NCBI GenBank assembly: GCA_977017645.1
Contig: OZ360228.1
Span: forward strand, 50,840,001 to 50,904,000
Direction: 5' to 3'
Source: Torpedo marmorata
Lineage: Eukaryota
Length of the DNA stretch: 64,000 bases
The notes under the pieces: model-generated
The model's database searches: none
Told to the model about the DNA's origin: nothing
The model's input: the letters and a program-made list of their open reading frames with translations, nothing else
Program-made: the position numbers and the translations under genes
Part shown: positions 24,581-36,298 of the stretch, one piece after another
How positions within the stretch are numbered: the first letter of the stretch is position 1
How the letters are laid out: each line of letters starts with the position of its first letter

Positions 24581-25794
24581 TAAGTCATTCTAAGTGTGCT
24601 GAATTCAAATGTAAACAAGTCTTGAAAGCTTGTCAAGTTTTATGAAATACGTATGTAGCGGTGATCATTTGGATTTCCATGACTTTTATTTCACAGAAAA
24701 TTGTTCGTATTTTATGTATTGCTTTTATACAGTTTGAATGATAAATTGATATTAAGTTCAAGACAAACTTAAAAAGTATAAAAAAACAACAATTTGAATC
24801 ATTAAGTATCACACATTCAGTACTGGCTTTATACTTTATGTGGTGTTTCTGCAGTCAGATGTGTGGAATAATACATGGGCTACTGTTTCATATTTATTTC
24901 AAAATATTTTTTTAATGCAAGACATAAATCACATAGTTCCCACGAGGCATTTGCAGTATCATAGGATTCCAGCAGCGAGCACCTTCATTCAAAGTTAAAT
25001 ACAGTGTGAAATTCATGAGACCCACAAAAGTATTGAACATGCATAACATTACAACACTGTGCAGCAATGATATAGCTTGTACGTACATGATTCACATCTG
25101 CTTATTCTATCACTCTTTCCTGAGACATTTAGTGCCATGGAGATCTGTGTACGGAAAGTGGCAAAAAAAAAAGTAGTAGTGAGTTCACAGGGAAGCAAAA
25201 CTAGTGTTAAGGGAGTAAGCAAAACAAAATTAAAGCTGTTAAATTGAATGTGAAAACTCTCCCTAGTGCTGATAGCCAACCATCATACTGCATGTACTAG
25301 GTAAATTCTGACTATCAATCTTAGATATTAGCAGACTGTTTAATTTGGGGTTATTTCACAATTGATGAACTTGTAACATAAAAACAAAGTGAGGGAAACA
25401 ATAGGATTTGAGCTTTTTCTACAGGTTAACCTATTCATGGAATTGTTCCAGTGTTGCTAACCCTCACCCTTCTCCCTAAACACATCCCTCTTCACAAATG
25501 CATCTATCCACCCTTCTCCCTCAGAAACACAGTTGCTTAGAAATTCATCTCTGGTAAGTAATGTTAAATGTATTAAGAGCAACAGCACTTTGTACTCTGC
25601 TGCTGAAGTGCTGTTCCACACTTTGAATGGAGAATACAGCAGAGTTCGGACTCCAAAGCATGCTGCAGATAAAGGGTGGCTATCTTACAGCCTTCTTCAG
25701 GTTGTCAGAAACCTTCCCCTCTTCCAACCATCCCCAAGTTGCTATTCTATTTTACTGTTGTTTTTCCCCTGTGGGGTTAAAATGAAATCAAACA

Positions 25795-25915
25795 CAATGG
25801 ATGCTGAAAATCTGAATTAACAGCAGAAAATGCTGGAAACACCCAGCAGGACAGGCAGCATATGTGGAAGGAGAAACAGTTCATGTTTCACATCCATGGC
25901 CTTTCATCAGAACTA
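25795..25915. repeat. Penelope-type terminal-repeat fragment
   Basis: aaatgctggaaacacccagcaggacaggcagca...gtttca...ctttcatcag; similar to the copies at 27160, 47531, 60176, 60880 and 62320. Confidence 0.55.
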
Positions 25916-26214
25916 TGAAAGAAAGAAAGCTAATGGGTTGGAAATCATCGACTGACTCCGATAACAGCAAATTCAATGGCCCCTCCAAATTTACGTCAGA
26001 GTTTCTCAAAGCAGGAAACAAAGTAGGGTGAGACCTGTGAGTGAGAGGACATCTGGTGCCCAACAACCTGGCACTCAGCAAACCAGCTGTTGAAGCACAA
26101 AGCTACTGTCCATCGGCTAATCTGCTACCCGACAAGAAAAACTGTTTAGATTTAGGTGTATAACTGCCCTACCATTGATCAATAGAAAGCAAAATTCAAT
26201 GCTCTTCACTAATC

Positions 26215-27078
26215 AAAATGGCGACGCTGCCGGAGCCACTGTAGCGGCAGCACTGCCGCTGGTGCAGACCCGCGGGGAGCAAGGGAGCGGAGATGCAGCG
26301 CTCTCGCGGGGTCCAGCCACCCAGTCGACTACCGTCAGCTCCGCACGGGCTTTGAACGGCCTGTTGAGGGAGCTGACGGTGGTTTTGTTTGAGATCCCGC
26401 GACCGCGGGGTCTGCCCCCAAGATGGCAGCGCCTATTAATTGGCAGCAGCCACGAGGGGCTGCAGACTCTGGGGAAGCGGAGGACTGGAGCAGGGCACCA
26501 GAGGACGGAAAGATCACCCCTCCCCCCACCCCCCGACTGAGAAGGAGAAGTGGAGGAGATGACCCATGGGACGGGGACCATGACGGCGGACCAGTGAGGG
26601 GCTCTGAGGCTGAAGGACCAGTGCATGTGGCGGGCTGCTGGCGACTCTAGGCGAGGAACCCGCAAAGGCTGTGGGCTGCTGGTGACTCGAGGCGAGAAAC
26701 CCACGGAGGCTGCGGACTGCTGGAGGCTGGCTCGAACTGGCTGGAGGAATACCAGGTATCGGAACCGGGATGCGAGGGGGTGCCGAGGGCGCCGAAGGGT
26801 TCCAGACAGTGTCGGAGGTTCAGATCTGGAGCTCGGGTTGCCGATGGTTTGGACTGGACTCTGTGTGGCTGCGGAAGCGCTGGAGGCGAATCTACGGACA
26901 CTCAGTGACTCTGGGGGGACTCTCTTTTGCTTTTTCTCTGACTGTAAGGAATGTTAGAGGCGCTTAGGCAATTTCTGCTGGTGGCGAATCTGTCTGCCTT
27001 GCAGCAGGCAAAAAGAAATTTCATGTAATGTGACACTGTTTTATTACTATGACAATAAATTGAATCTTTATCTTGATC
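26215..27078 (+). mobile_element. ~0.86 kb CpG-rich non-autonomous retroelement, copy A
   Basis: High similarity to the reverse complement of 33321-34147. Starts with a YY1-like AAAATGGCG and ends in a stem-loop (26991-27010), ATGACAATAAA and (GAATCTT)-like tail repeats. Confidence 0.85.
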
Positions 27079-27159
27079 TTGTTTATTGCATTTTGAGGTT
27101 TTACCCAAATTAGGTGAAGCATTTGTTTGAGCACTCATTAAAAAGCTGCCATGAATGAT

Positions 27160-27280
27160 GGAAACAGGGTTTTGACCCAATATGCTGATTGTCCTCTTCC
27201 CTCCATGGACACTGCCTGGCCTGCTGAGTTCCTCCAGTGTTTTTGTGCTCTAGTTTCCAGCATCTACACTCTTGTGTCAT
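27160..27280. repeat. Penelope-type terminal-repeat fragment (opposite orientation)
   Basis: gggttttgacccaa...ctgcctggcctgctgagttcctccag...ttccagcatct. Confidence 0.55.
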
Positions 27281-28627
27281 CCTGAGCGACTGGCTGAATT
27301 GCCTAGAGCTCAGAGGAAAGAACATGAATAGGTCTGGAAACTAGATTTATATCTCACTGTTTTTTGGGGCAAGCGAGGTAACTTTATTTTAAAACCACAC
27401 CAACATCCCATTGAAAGCCAACTTGGTCCAACTTCCAACCAGTCCGTGACCTAGGCAGTTATTGTTGATGCCCAAAGTATGTGTATCCATACTGGTGCCA
27501 CCAATACACAGAGGGCTGTTTCAACTGCAACCCTCAAGGAACCCACAAGCTCAAAGAGCAACAAACAAATACAAATACCACTTGCCAGAAACCTCCACAT
27601 TGGCAGCAGACTCCTCCATATTCTCCAAAATGCTATAGAAGCTCTTGGCAAATGGCCAAATCTATTGAGCAGCTCATGGTGCATAGAGAGCATCCATCCT
27701 TCACAGTTGCAGTACTGGTGCCACTACTCTCCAAAGAGCTGTTTCTGGGTCATTATTTTTCCACTTGCTCTGGTGCTCACTGAATTATCTAGTATAGATC
27801 TGTTTTACTCTGTACGCCATATGGTGTCAATTTGTGCACTGGTTCTTGGAAAGGTAAGAGCCAACAATGATGACTCCTGAGGTGGACCCAAGATATCTGG
27901 TGGGCTTCAAAAAGGTGGGATGCAATGTGATTAGCAGGCATTGGAAAAGGAAGGCAGTAACAGATGAGTGGCAGTGTTGTGCACCAGGTTTTCATGCTGA
28001 GCAAGTAATTGAGAAAGGGGCGACTTCTGTGAGAGACCTCCAACCTTGCCATTTCCAGTACTTTCTCTGCAAGCTATAGACCAAAATGGAACAAGCATCA
28101 CAATTAATGCCTTTGAACAGGACAGTACTTTTGTCCACAAAACATGTGATAATACCTTTGACAGGACTGGCTAAAGTTTAATAGCTTGGTCTCTTTTCTA
28201 GTGTCAAAAAGGAGTATTGATAACTGCAGTGTCCAACAATCAGTGACATACAGTTAACGTAACTCTGCAGCTACTTTTTAACATAACAGCGATTTCAGGC
28301 CCAATAGGGCATCTGGCCAGCATCCCTGTCTCAGTACCTTGTGGTGAACAGTCATGTCCATCATGAAAGAAAGCGATTTTAAATCACTGACATTTCATTC
28401 AATAAGAAAATGTAACTCCAAAAAAAAAGTGTATTTTTTTCCGCGATTGCCACACCAAATAATAGGGGAATCCCATTATTATCCATGCAATTAGTCCATT
28501 GTGTGAAAAACTAATTGTCCTATGGTATGCAGTAACCACTATTTTTGAAATAGCTGGTGCACTCTCAGCACAAAATTCACATCCTCTATTGTTTAATCCG
28601 TCACTTACACTCAGGAACAATTTTTAA

Positions 28628-28905
28628 ATATTTTATTTAAAATTTAAAATCACAAAATACATAAGATAAAATATAAAATTATCAAAATACTTGTGATATA
28701 TTTTCACCCCCCTCCCACCCTCCCCTCCCTAACCCTCCCATCCCTACTAATCTAATAAAATAAAAATAAAAGAAAGACACTAAAAAAAAATAGAGTAAGG
28801 AGAATGTCAATCTAAAAATTAAATCTATAAACTAATTCTATTATGGAGGTTAGGTTCGCCAGTAGATCCGATGTCCAGAGATCTTCAAATCCTTAAACCA
28901 ACAAC
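28628..28905 (-). repeat. Interspersed repeat, probably a LINE (L1/Tx1-like) 3' end
   Basis: Near-duplicate of 39110-39472, sharing the C-rich tract and the aggttcgccagt..gatccgatgtc segment. The family assignment is tentative. Confidence 0.65.
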
Positions 28906-29139
28906 TTTCATATATAGTCATATCTTAAACAAATTCAATTTAAATAGGGACCTGTTTAGCAGAGTTTAAAAGTCAATATTGTTCATCATTTCATTTCATA
29001 ATTTCTTCCCTTTTCTAGAGATTGGAATGTTGTTAATAAATTCAGCGCCTATATTATTCTTTACTAAAATGAACAATTAATTCTCAAAAACAAGCATAAT
29101 CTAGTCTCTGTATTTTTGATTGATTAATTCATCATATAC

Positions 29140-29285
29140 AGAGAATATGGCATAGGAAGAGCAAGGCATGAAAGGATTCAGCCCGACTGCTGGTAAATGG
29201 GATTAATATAGTTTAGATGAGCAAAAGGATCAGCATGAATATGGAGGACCAAAGGGCCCTTTTCTATATTGTACAACTCTGTGAC
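29140..29285 (+). repeat. Degenerate CR1-type LINE 3' tail
   Basis: ggtaaatgggatta...gaccaaagggcccttttctatattgtacaactctgtgac resembles the elasmobranch CR1/HE1 tail. Confidence 0.5.
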
Positions 29286-29799
29286 AGAACCCAAATAATT
29301 AACACCGAGGTAAAGTACTGTATATGTTGATGTCTGTCCCTTTCAAAATATTATATGTGGGACCCAAACTGCTGTCACAGTTCTTCCAAAATTCTTTGTT
29401 CTTCTGAGCTACCATCTGAAACACGTTTCAACATGCACAATTCCCCCACGGTTAACAGTTATACTCTGTATAATCTCAAGTTGTGTTTGTTGATTCAGCA
29501 CATTTCTTATTTTAGTCTTTGTCTTCTTGAAGAGGTGGCAGGAAGTTTGCGGGTTAAAGTTGTATCTTGAGGTTTGACAGCCGGTTGAGAAAAGCAGGAT
29601 GACTAAGTGAATTGCTTCAGTCCCTCTGTGATGTCCAAATTTTAACAAGTTTGCGGTCTGGTCAATTAACATCAAATCAGCAAGCCCGCGATGGCCTATT
29701 TGTTCAATTAATAGACGACACACCCTTCATATTCTATATGAGGGCATTTCAATGCAGTCCAATACTAATACTGCAGGCAAAAGAAAGTAAACTTGGTCA

Positions 29800-30060
29800 T
29801 CACGTTCAAGTTTATTGTCATCTGATTGTATATATACTTATGCAACCCGACGAAACAGCCTATCTCTGGACCATAGTGCACACACACAGATGTATAGTAC
29901 ACCCTACACACAAATGACATATATACATAGCAATCCAAAATAAATATATTTCAAAATAATTTACAAGTTTTTAGGATTGTTCAACAGTCTCACCACCTTC
30001 GGGAAGTAGCTGTTTCCCAGCCTGTCAGTCCTGGTTTTTATGATCCTGTACCTCCTCTTC
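29800..30060 (-). repeat. LINE (L2/Rex-like) 3' fragment
   Basis: ttcaagtttattgtcat tail plus gggaagtagctgtttcccagcctg...gatcctgtacctcct, typical of reversed fish LINE ends. Confidence 0.5.
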
Positions 30061-33000
30061 AAACAAATTTTTGCTTGATATTTGATATTGTGGACCGGAT
30101 TTCACGTCTTTGGATTTCACAATCCAGATTATTTAAGGAAATTTCAGCGTGTGTGAGACAAGGAGTTCCTTAACTTCAGCCTACTGCTGGGTGGGGAATA
30201 TTTCCATGCATTACAAATTCTTTTTGTATTCTTGAAGTACAGGTGAATCCCCTCTCATTGTGCAAGGAGGAATATTCTAGAACACCAGCTGCTGCAGAAG
30301 CAATGTATACTTTAGAACAACTCTTACCACTTGCACACTCCAATATATTAGCAAAGTATTACACTTTAAATTTCATGGTGAAGTTGTTCTGACCTTTTAA
30401 ATATTTCTATCAATATTTCTATGAATAGGCTATGGGAGATCTGTTAATTTTTAAAAAAATTTGTGTCATGATTACTTTTACCCTGTCACCATTATCCAGA
30501 TCATTTTTAAAACAACTACATTCAGATTCATATTTTGAACCATCAATTTTACATGCTTTAAATAATCAGATCCTACTGTTTCCTTGCTCACAGAATTGGC
30601 AGGCATACTATGATTGCAGTATTTCACTTGTTTGTGGTTGTATATTGTGTGCTATTGTGCTTCAATATAAATGAGCAGATAGCTAATGTAAAAGAACATA
30701 TCTTTATAATGATATTGAATTAAATTAAAATATGATATTTGCTATTATTAAAGTGTCATAAATAATTCAAGACATGGCTCATTCTGATTTTGAATGTTAG
30801 AAATGAAGATCATCTGGAGATTTATAATCCTCCTAATCAGGCTGCAGAGATAATTTTATTCTCAACCGATTAAAGATTCCAACACTGCTGATCAGTTAAT
30901 AGTAAACTCATGACATTCACAGCTGTACAATTGAAGTTATTACACAACTATTGCATGTGCATCACTGGGTCTGTCAAGTTTTTTGTGATTGACAAGTGTT
31001 GCCTGAGAAATAGCTTCTCGATGTAGTGGGAGGACCAAAAATACCTTTTCCATAACAGAACCTTGTGGATAGATGAGTGCTTTCTTCAGGAAACTCTTGC
31101 ATGAAATCCTTTCTGTATTTTGTTACTCCATTATGTCAATTAAATTTCAGTCTGGATGTTTAAGAAATTTTAAAAGAATTAGAGCAGTATGGGTGCATTC
31201 CAGTAATGTTTTTCAAGACTTGTAGTGTATTAATATTGCAAATTATTGCCTACCAATTTGATGTGAAGTTTTTAACAGCAATTAAATAATGAACTTTCCA
31301 AATGATAAAAAAAGGAGAAAAAAAACATTGATATTCATTTAGATGATTTTTTTTTAAGTTAGGAAAACTCTCAGGATTGAAACGTTTTATTACTTCGAGA
31401 AGGAGCATTAAGAATATCTCCATTTTTAAGCCAAGTTTTTATAAGCAGTGAAGTTTTATACATACTTAAATGCCTCAGTATATTAATAATTATATGCACA
31501 CAAGTGAGACTTTAATCAAATGGTGTCTGGTGATTCACATCACAGATATTTTGGTTTTGTGAAATCATTTCATTTTTACTTTAGTTGGCCAACACTCTAG
31601 AGTGGCAGAAAAAGGTCAAATAATTATGTCAGAGTCTGGTTAGATGTCATCCTGGCATTCTAGTTTAGTATACGGTACTAATTTAGAAATGTGGCACTTA
31701 ATCAAAATGTGAGATAAAAAGAGCTAGATAATCATTAGCTATGCATCAAAGAGCAATTGATGTTGACAAAATTGGTGTATGGTTGTTGTAAAGGGACATT
31801 TTGTTTCAACTCATTTTTGTTAAGCCATTTTGTACAGAGGAATTGAGTAATCTTCCTACTGAGAATTGGCAGAAATTGCTGTAAAGCAGAATCTGTCATG
31901 CGAAGGATTGATAATCCAGTTTATCAACTTGCACATATTAAAGCAACCCATTCCTTAAAAGGTTTAGTTTGAATGCGTTCAGCGTCAGGCAAGAAGATTT
32001 TCCATAGTTCAAGCAGAGCTGTAATTAATCCTAAACACTGCTACCTTGGGGGAATGAAAAAAATAAACATTTGTTACTTTTTTCCAGTTTCTTTCCCAAA
32101 CATGTATTATTGATCAAACTCACAAGTGAATAAGATGATGTTTCTTTGATGTCATCAGTTCTCTTGGGACAATGAGCTAGATTGATACCATCCTTTCTTT
32201 ACTCTTTTCCACACCCTGTTTCCCTTAATCTTCTCCTAGTATTTAACCCACAGTAGTGCTAAGTTGTGGTTTCCTCAACACCCATGCCCCTTCTGCAGTT
32301 ATATGTCTGTGAATCTCACCTGCCCCTTTGATTCGCCTCCCCGTTCACTTTCTGACTGCTTGACTTCCTCTTTTGTTTCCTTTGAAAACTGGCACTCTCA
32401 TTTGCTCAGGCTTAATTCGGAACATACTCTTTGGATCTTGGTGTCGCCTGGTGCGTTCAGTCACCCACCAAGAAAGACAACATTTTGAATATTCAGGCTG
32501 GACAAATGTGTGGGACTAAAGAGTATTTTCAGTACATCAGTTAAATTAGCTTTTTACTTGTCAAATGTTGAGTATTAGACTGTTGGTCTCTGATAACAAA
32601 GATGGCAAATTCCCAGTAATGTTTTTTGCAAGTTGTTGGTATTTTTCACCTGTTGTCTGCTGACAAAAAGCTGCATGCATTGAACCACCCTGAGCTTTCC
32701 TAACCTGCAAACCTCATTTCCCCACCCCCTCCCCAAACACTCAGCAAAACATGGCAGAAGAGAGCTCAAGTCCATATGGTGACCTTCACTTCCATCAGAG
32801 CCATGTAAGCAGGTGGCTATGACGGCAACCATACTTGAAGTACCTAGCGCAATATGTACTGCATTACTCTATCTGGCAGGGGCAGGAGCTCTGGACAAAT
32901 CTTTGTCCATAACAGCTGTATTCATATGGTGTCATTAATTTACCATAACGTTGGAAGGTGATTCACAGGAGCATTATCAAACTAAACTTGACACTGAATC

Positions 33001-33079
33001 GCACAATGTGATAGCAATGTGATACAAAGCAGATAAAGGAATATCTTAAATGTGGGACGTAGCAGTGGGGGGTGGGGTG

Positions 33080-34270
33080 ATGTGGTGACATTGTGGCCAT
33101 ACTACTGGATAAATATCCAGAAATTTAGACAAATGATCTGCAGACATTAATCCAAATCCTATCATGGCAGCTAAGGCTATTTCATTATATAACTCTACAG
33201 CAAAAAACAACTGTTTGTTACTAAAAACTTATTTGGTTCAACAAATGTCCTTCAGAAAAGAAATTCTGCAGTTGTTACCTGGACGATATGTGATTCAACC
33301 ATATAACAATGTGGTTAACTCAAGATGTCAAGATTCAATTTATTGTCATAGTAATAAGGCAGTGTCATATTACATGAAATTTCTTTTTGCCTGCTGCAAG
33401 GCAGACAGATTCGCCACTGGCAAAAATTGCCTAAGCGCCTCTAACATTCCTTACAGTCAGAGAAAGAGAAGCAAAAGAGAGTCCCCCCAGAGTCACCGAG
33501 TGTCCATAGATTCGCCTCCAGTGCCTCTGCAGCCTCCGCAGCCACACAGAGTCCAGTCCAAACCATTGGCAACCCGAGCTCCAGATCTGAACCTCCGACA
33601 CGGTCAGGAACCCTTCGGCACCCTCGGCACCCCCTCGCATCCCGGTTCCAATACCTGGTACTCCTCCAGACAGTTCGAGCCAGTCTCCAGCAGTCTTCAG
33701 CCCGGCGGGAGTCCCCCGACATCAGTCTCCAGCAGCCCACAGCCTCCACGGATTCCTCGCCTCAAGCCGCCAGCAGACCGCCGCATGCACTGGTCCTTCA
33801 GCCTCAGAACCCCTCACTGGTCCGCCGCCGTGGTCACCGTCTTGTGGGTCGTCTCTTCCGCTTCTCCTTCTCAGACGGGGGGGGTGATCTTTCTATCCTC
33901 TGGTGCCCTGCTCCAGTCCTCTGCTTCCCCGTGGCTGCTGCCGATTAATAGGAGCTGCCATCTTGGGCGCAGACCCCGCGGTCGCGGGATCTCAAATAAA
34001 ACCACTGTCGGCTCCCTCAACGGGTCGTTCAAAGCCCGTGCGGGGCCGACGGCAGATGACTGGGCGGCTGAACCCCACGGGAGCGCTCTATCTCCGCTCC
34101 CTCACTCCCCGCGGGTCCGCACCAGCGGCAGCGCTGCCGCTACAACCGCTAAGATCACTGGCAGACCTTGGACTCATAACTGTCTTTGGAAATAACCTGG
34201 TAAGCCATCAATGCAAACAATAAATGCTGACATAGTCAGTGACACCCACATCCCAGGAGGATATAAATTA
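33080..34270 (+). repeat. Old tRNA-type SINE split by the copy B insertion (halves ~33080-33320 and ~34165-34270)
   Basis: The left half ends ...caatgtggttaact. The right half resumes ...gactcataactg...caataaatgctgac...gacacccacatccca, continuing a recognisable shark SINE body and tail. Confidence 0.5.
33321..34147 (-). mobile_element. Non-autonomous retroelement, copy B (inverted relative to copy A)
   Basis: Reverse complement of 26215-27078 with scattered substitutions and indels. Confidence 0.85.
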
Positions 34271-34639
34271 AAAACAAATCGAGAGAGGGGGCAAGGGGTA
34301 GGAGAGAATCAAAAGGAACATTAGGATTTTTAAGCTGAGTCACATGGACGTGCATTTTGCATTTGTAAGATGACTCTTCTGTAATTACTTTGAACATTGA
34401 AAGCCACAGTTACATCTTGAAATGTTTAAGTCATGTGTGCTTTGGGCTGTGATGATACAAAATGAATCCAATCTTCCCACTACCAGAGTAAGAGTTTCCC
34501 CTGTTCAGTACAATAGCAGATGTTTCATTTTTGGCAGTTTCCTCCCTTCCCATCTGTAGACATTGAATTTAATTGAGCTACACATTTGGATATTCTTGTC
34601 GAAAGTTGGACAGTCAGTCTCAAGAGGCTATTCTGTCAT

Positions 34640-34838
34640 TGAGGGCATCATGTGTGCTAATATTTTTATCCCTTAACCAACACCACCTAATAAATATCTG
34701 TTGCTGTTTGAGGCACCATGCTTTGCAAAATTGCTTTCTAAATTAAAACAGTGATGTTCATCAGCCAGAGTCATTGGATGTCAGATGTTTTTGGACGTCA
34801 CAAGGTTGTGAAAGGTGCTACATAAAGGCAAGTTTGTT
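34640..34838 (+). repeat. Deu-SINE (SacSINE1/AmnSINE1-like) 3' remnant
   Basis: tttatcccttaaccaacacc...ttgctgtttg...cattgg...tttggacgtc...gtgaaaggtgctacataaa matches the recalled Deu-domain and tail layout. Confidence 0.5.
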
Positions 34839-36070
34839 ATTTTTGTTTTTGAACACGTTAAATGCATAGGAGATTTTATTAAATTTCTGAGCTGCCAGTC
34901 AGGTAAACTGTCTTGTAGTCCAACTCAAAAAAACAAAAGAAACAGAGCTCGAACTTGTCTGAAACTCGATCCGAGTTAATAACTGCCCATTATTTGTACT
35001 GCCTCACTCACTACAATTGTGCTGGGGATCTGCAAATGTAAAGTGCCCATTTTGAGAATGAACAAGCTTTAGGACTGCCAGGTTGAAATTTACTGCACAG
35101 CATGTCTCATACCGAATCATGGGCATTTCGTAATCGCAAGCCTGTTTCTTGCAATATATTTCACATAAAACAGTTCCACTTTGTGTCTATCTAGAGAGAT
35201 AAGTGGTTTGGGGGCAGGGGGCGGGGTGGTTTCTGGTGAAAGCTGAGAGTGGTGACTCTGAAGAGAAGGATACTTTCATGATCCAATTAGCATAAGAGAA
35301 GTTAAATTATTCATGACGTGATTCTATGGGGAGAAGTAAAGTTAATGCATATAGTTTTTAACTTTCTTCCTCTCTGCTGTGAGAATGAACTGCTGCATTC
35401 AGTACTCAGCCATTTATTGAAAGCTCCAGTGGCATGTTAGAAACCAGTGGTCCTGTAAACACTGAGATTCATCTTGCTAGTGCAGCTCTCAACAGAGAGC
35501 ATCTGGACGCATTCCAAAAGGTGATTAAACAAATTGATCAGCATTAGTTGCCATGTCACATGCCCAAAACTCTGGATTAAAAGAAAAGCACATCTGACTT
35601 TGGGCCAAGATACTAACGTCATCCTTTTTTGCAGTATTCAGATGGTCTACAAGCCTCTGTGTCATCTTTGTGTTCAAATGGCCTGAAATTATTTGCAAGT
35701 TCTGGAAATGGTCCTCTCAGTAGCAATGTCTGTGCTCATAGAACAGCCTGTGCAGTTCACATTAACGGGGCTAAACATTAGACAGGGGGGGAAAAATGAC
35801 CAAAATTAATCTCAAAACAGGTACAACCAATCTTTACTATAAGAAAAGTGTGGCTGGAAGTTGTTGCTCAGAAAAGACTGGCAAATTAAATGATTTGCTG
35901 TAATAGATAGGTTCAATAAATAGACAAATTAATTTGAGTAAAAGTATATCCAGTATAGACTCCTGCCTATTGTTAAAGGGGATGAAAGACAAGTGAAATT
36001 GTCAACAATGTTGGTCAATTATAAAAACTGATCATGTAATGGAGAACTTAAATAACATCATATCCAAATA

Positions 36071-36298
36071 CAGTAAAACCCCTGGTATCCGGCAGCTATG
36101 GGGATTGGTAAATGCCGGATAAGTGAATTTTCCGATAGCTTGAGATTTTGCATTGTGAGGATTGGCAAACTAATGGCGAGGCGCGCCAGTTTTAAACGTC
36201 TGTATTTTTTACCTATTTGTTTCCCACGATTTTTTTTTTTTTTGCCGGTTGCTTGAGGCTGTCGGTTGCTTCAATTCCGGATAACAGGGGTTTTACTG
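36071..36298. mobile_element. Tigger/pogo-type MITE, 228 bp
   Basis: 22-bp TIRs CAGTAAAACCCCTG(G/T)TATCCGG with one mismatch, TA duplication on both sides, no ORF. Confidence 0.9.

Noticed and set aside
27420-28350. Possible decayed LINE coding remnant
   Set aside because: Only faint RTE-like hints; I could not fix the family, strand or boundaries.
33164-34195. 343-aa ORF on the + strand
   Set aside because: It spans an old SINE plus the antisense strand of GC-rich repeat copy B. The peptide is Pro/Ser-rich with no domain, and the same frame is broken into three pieces in copy A.
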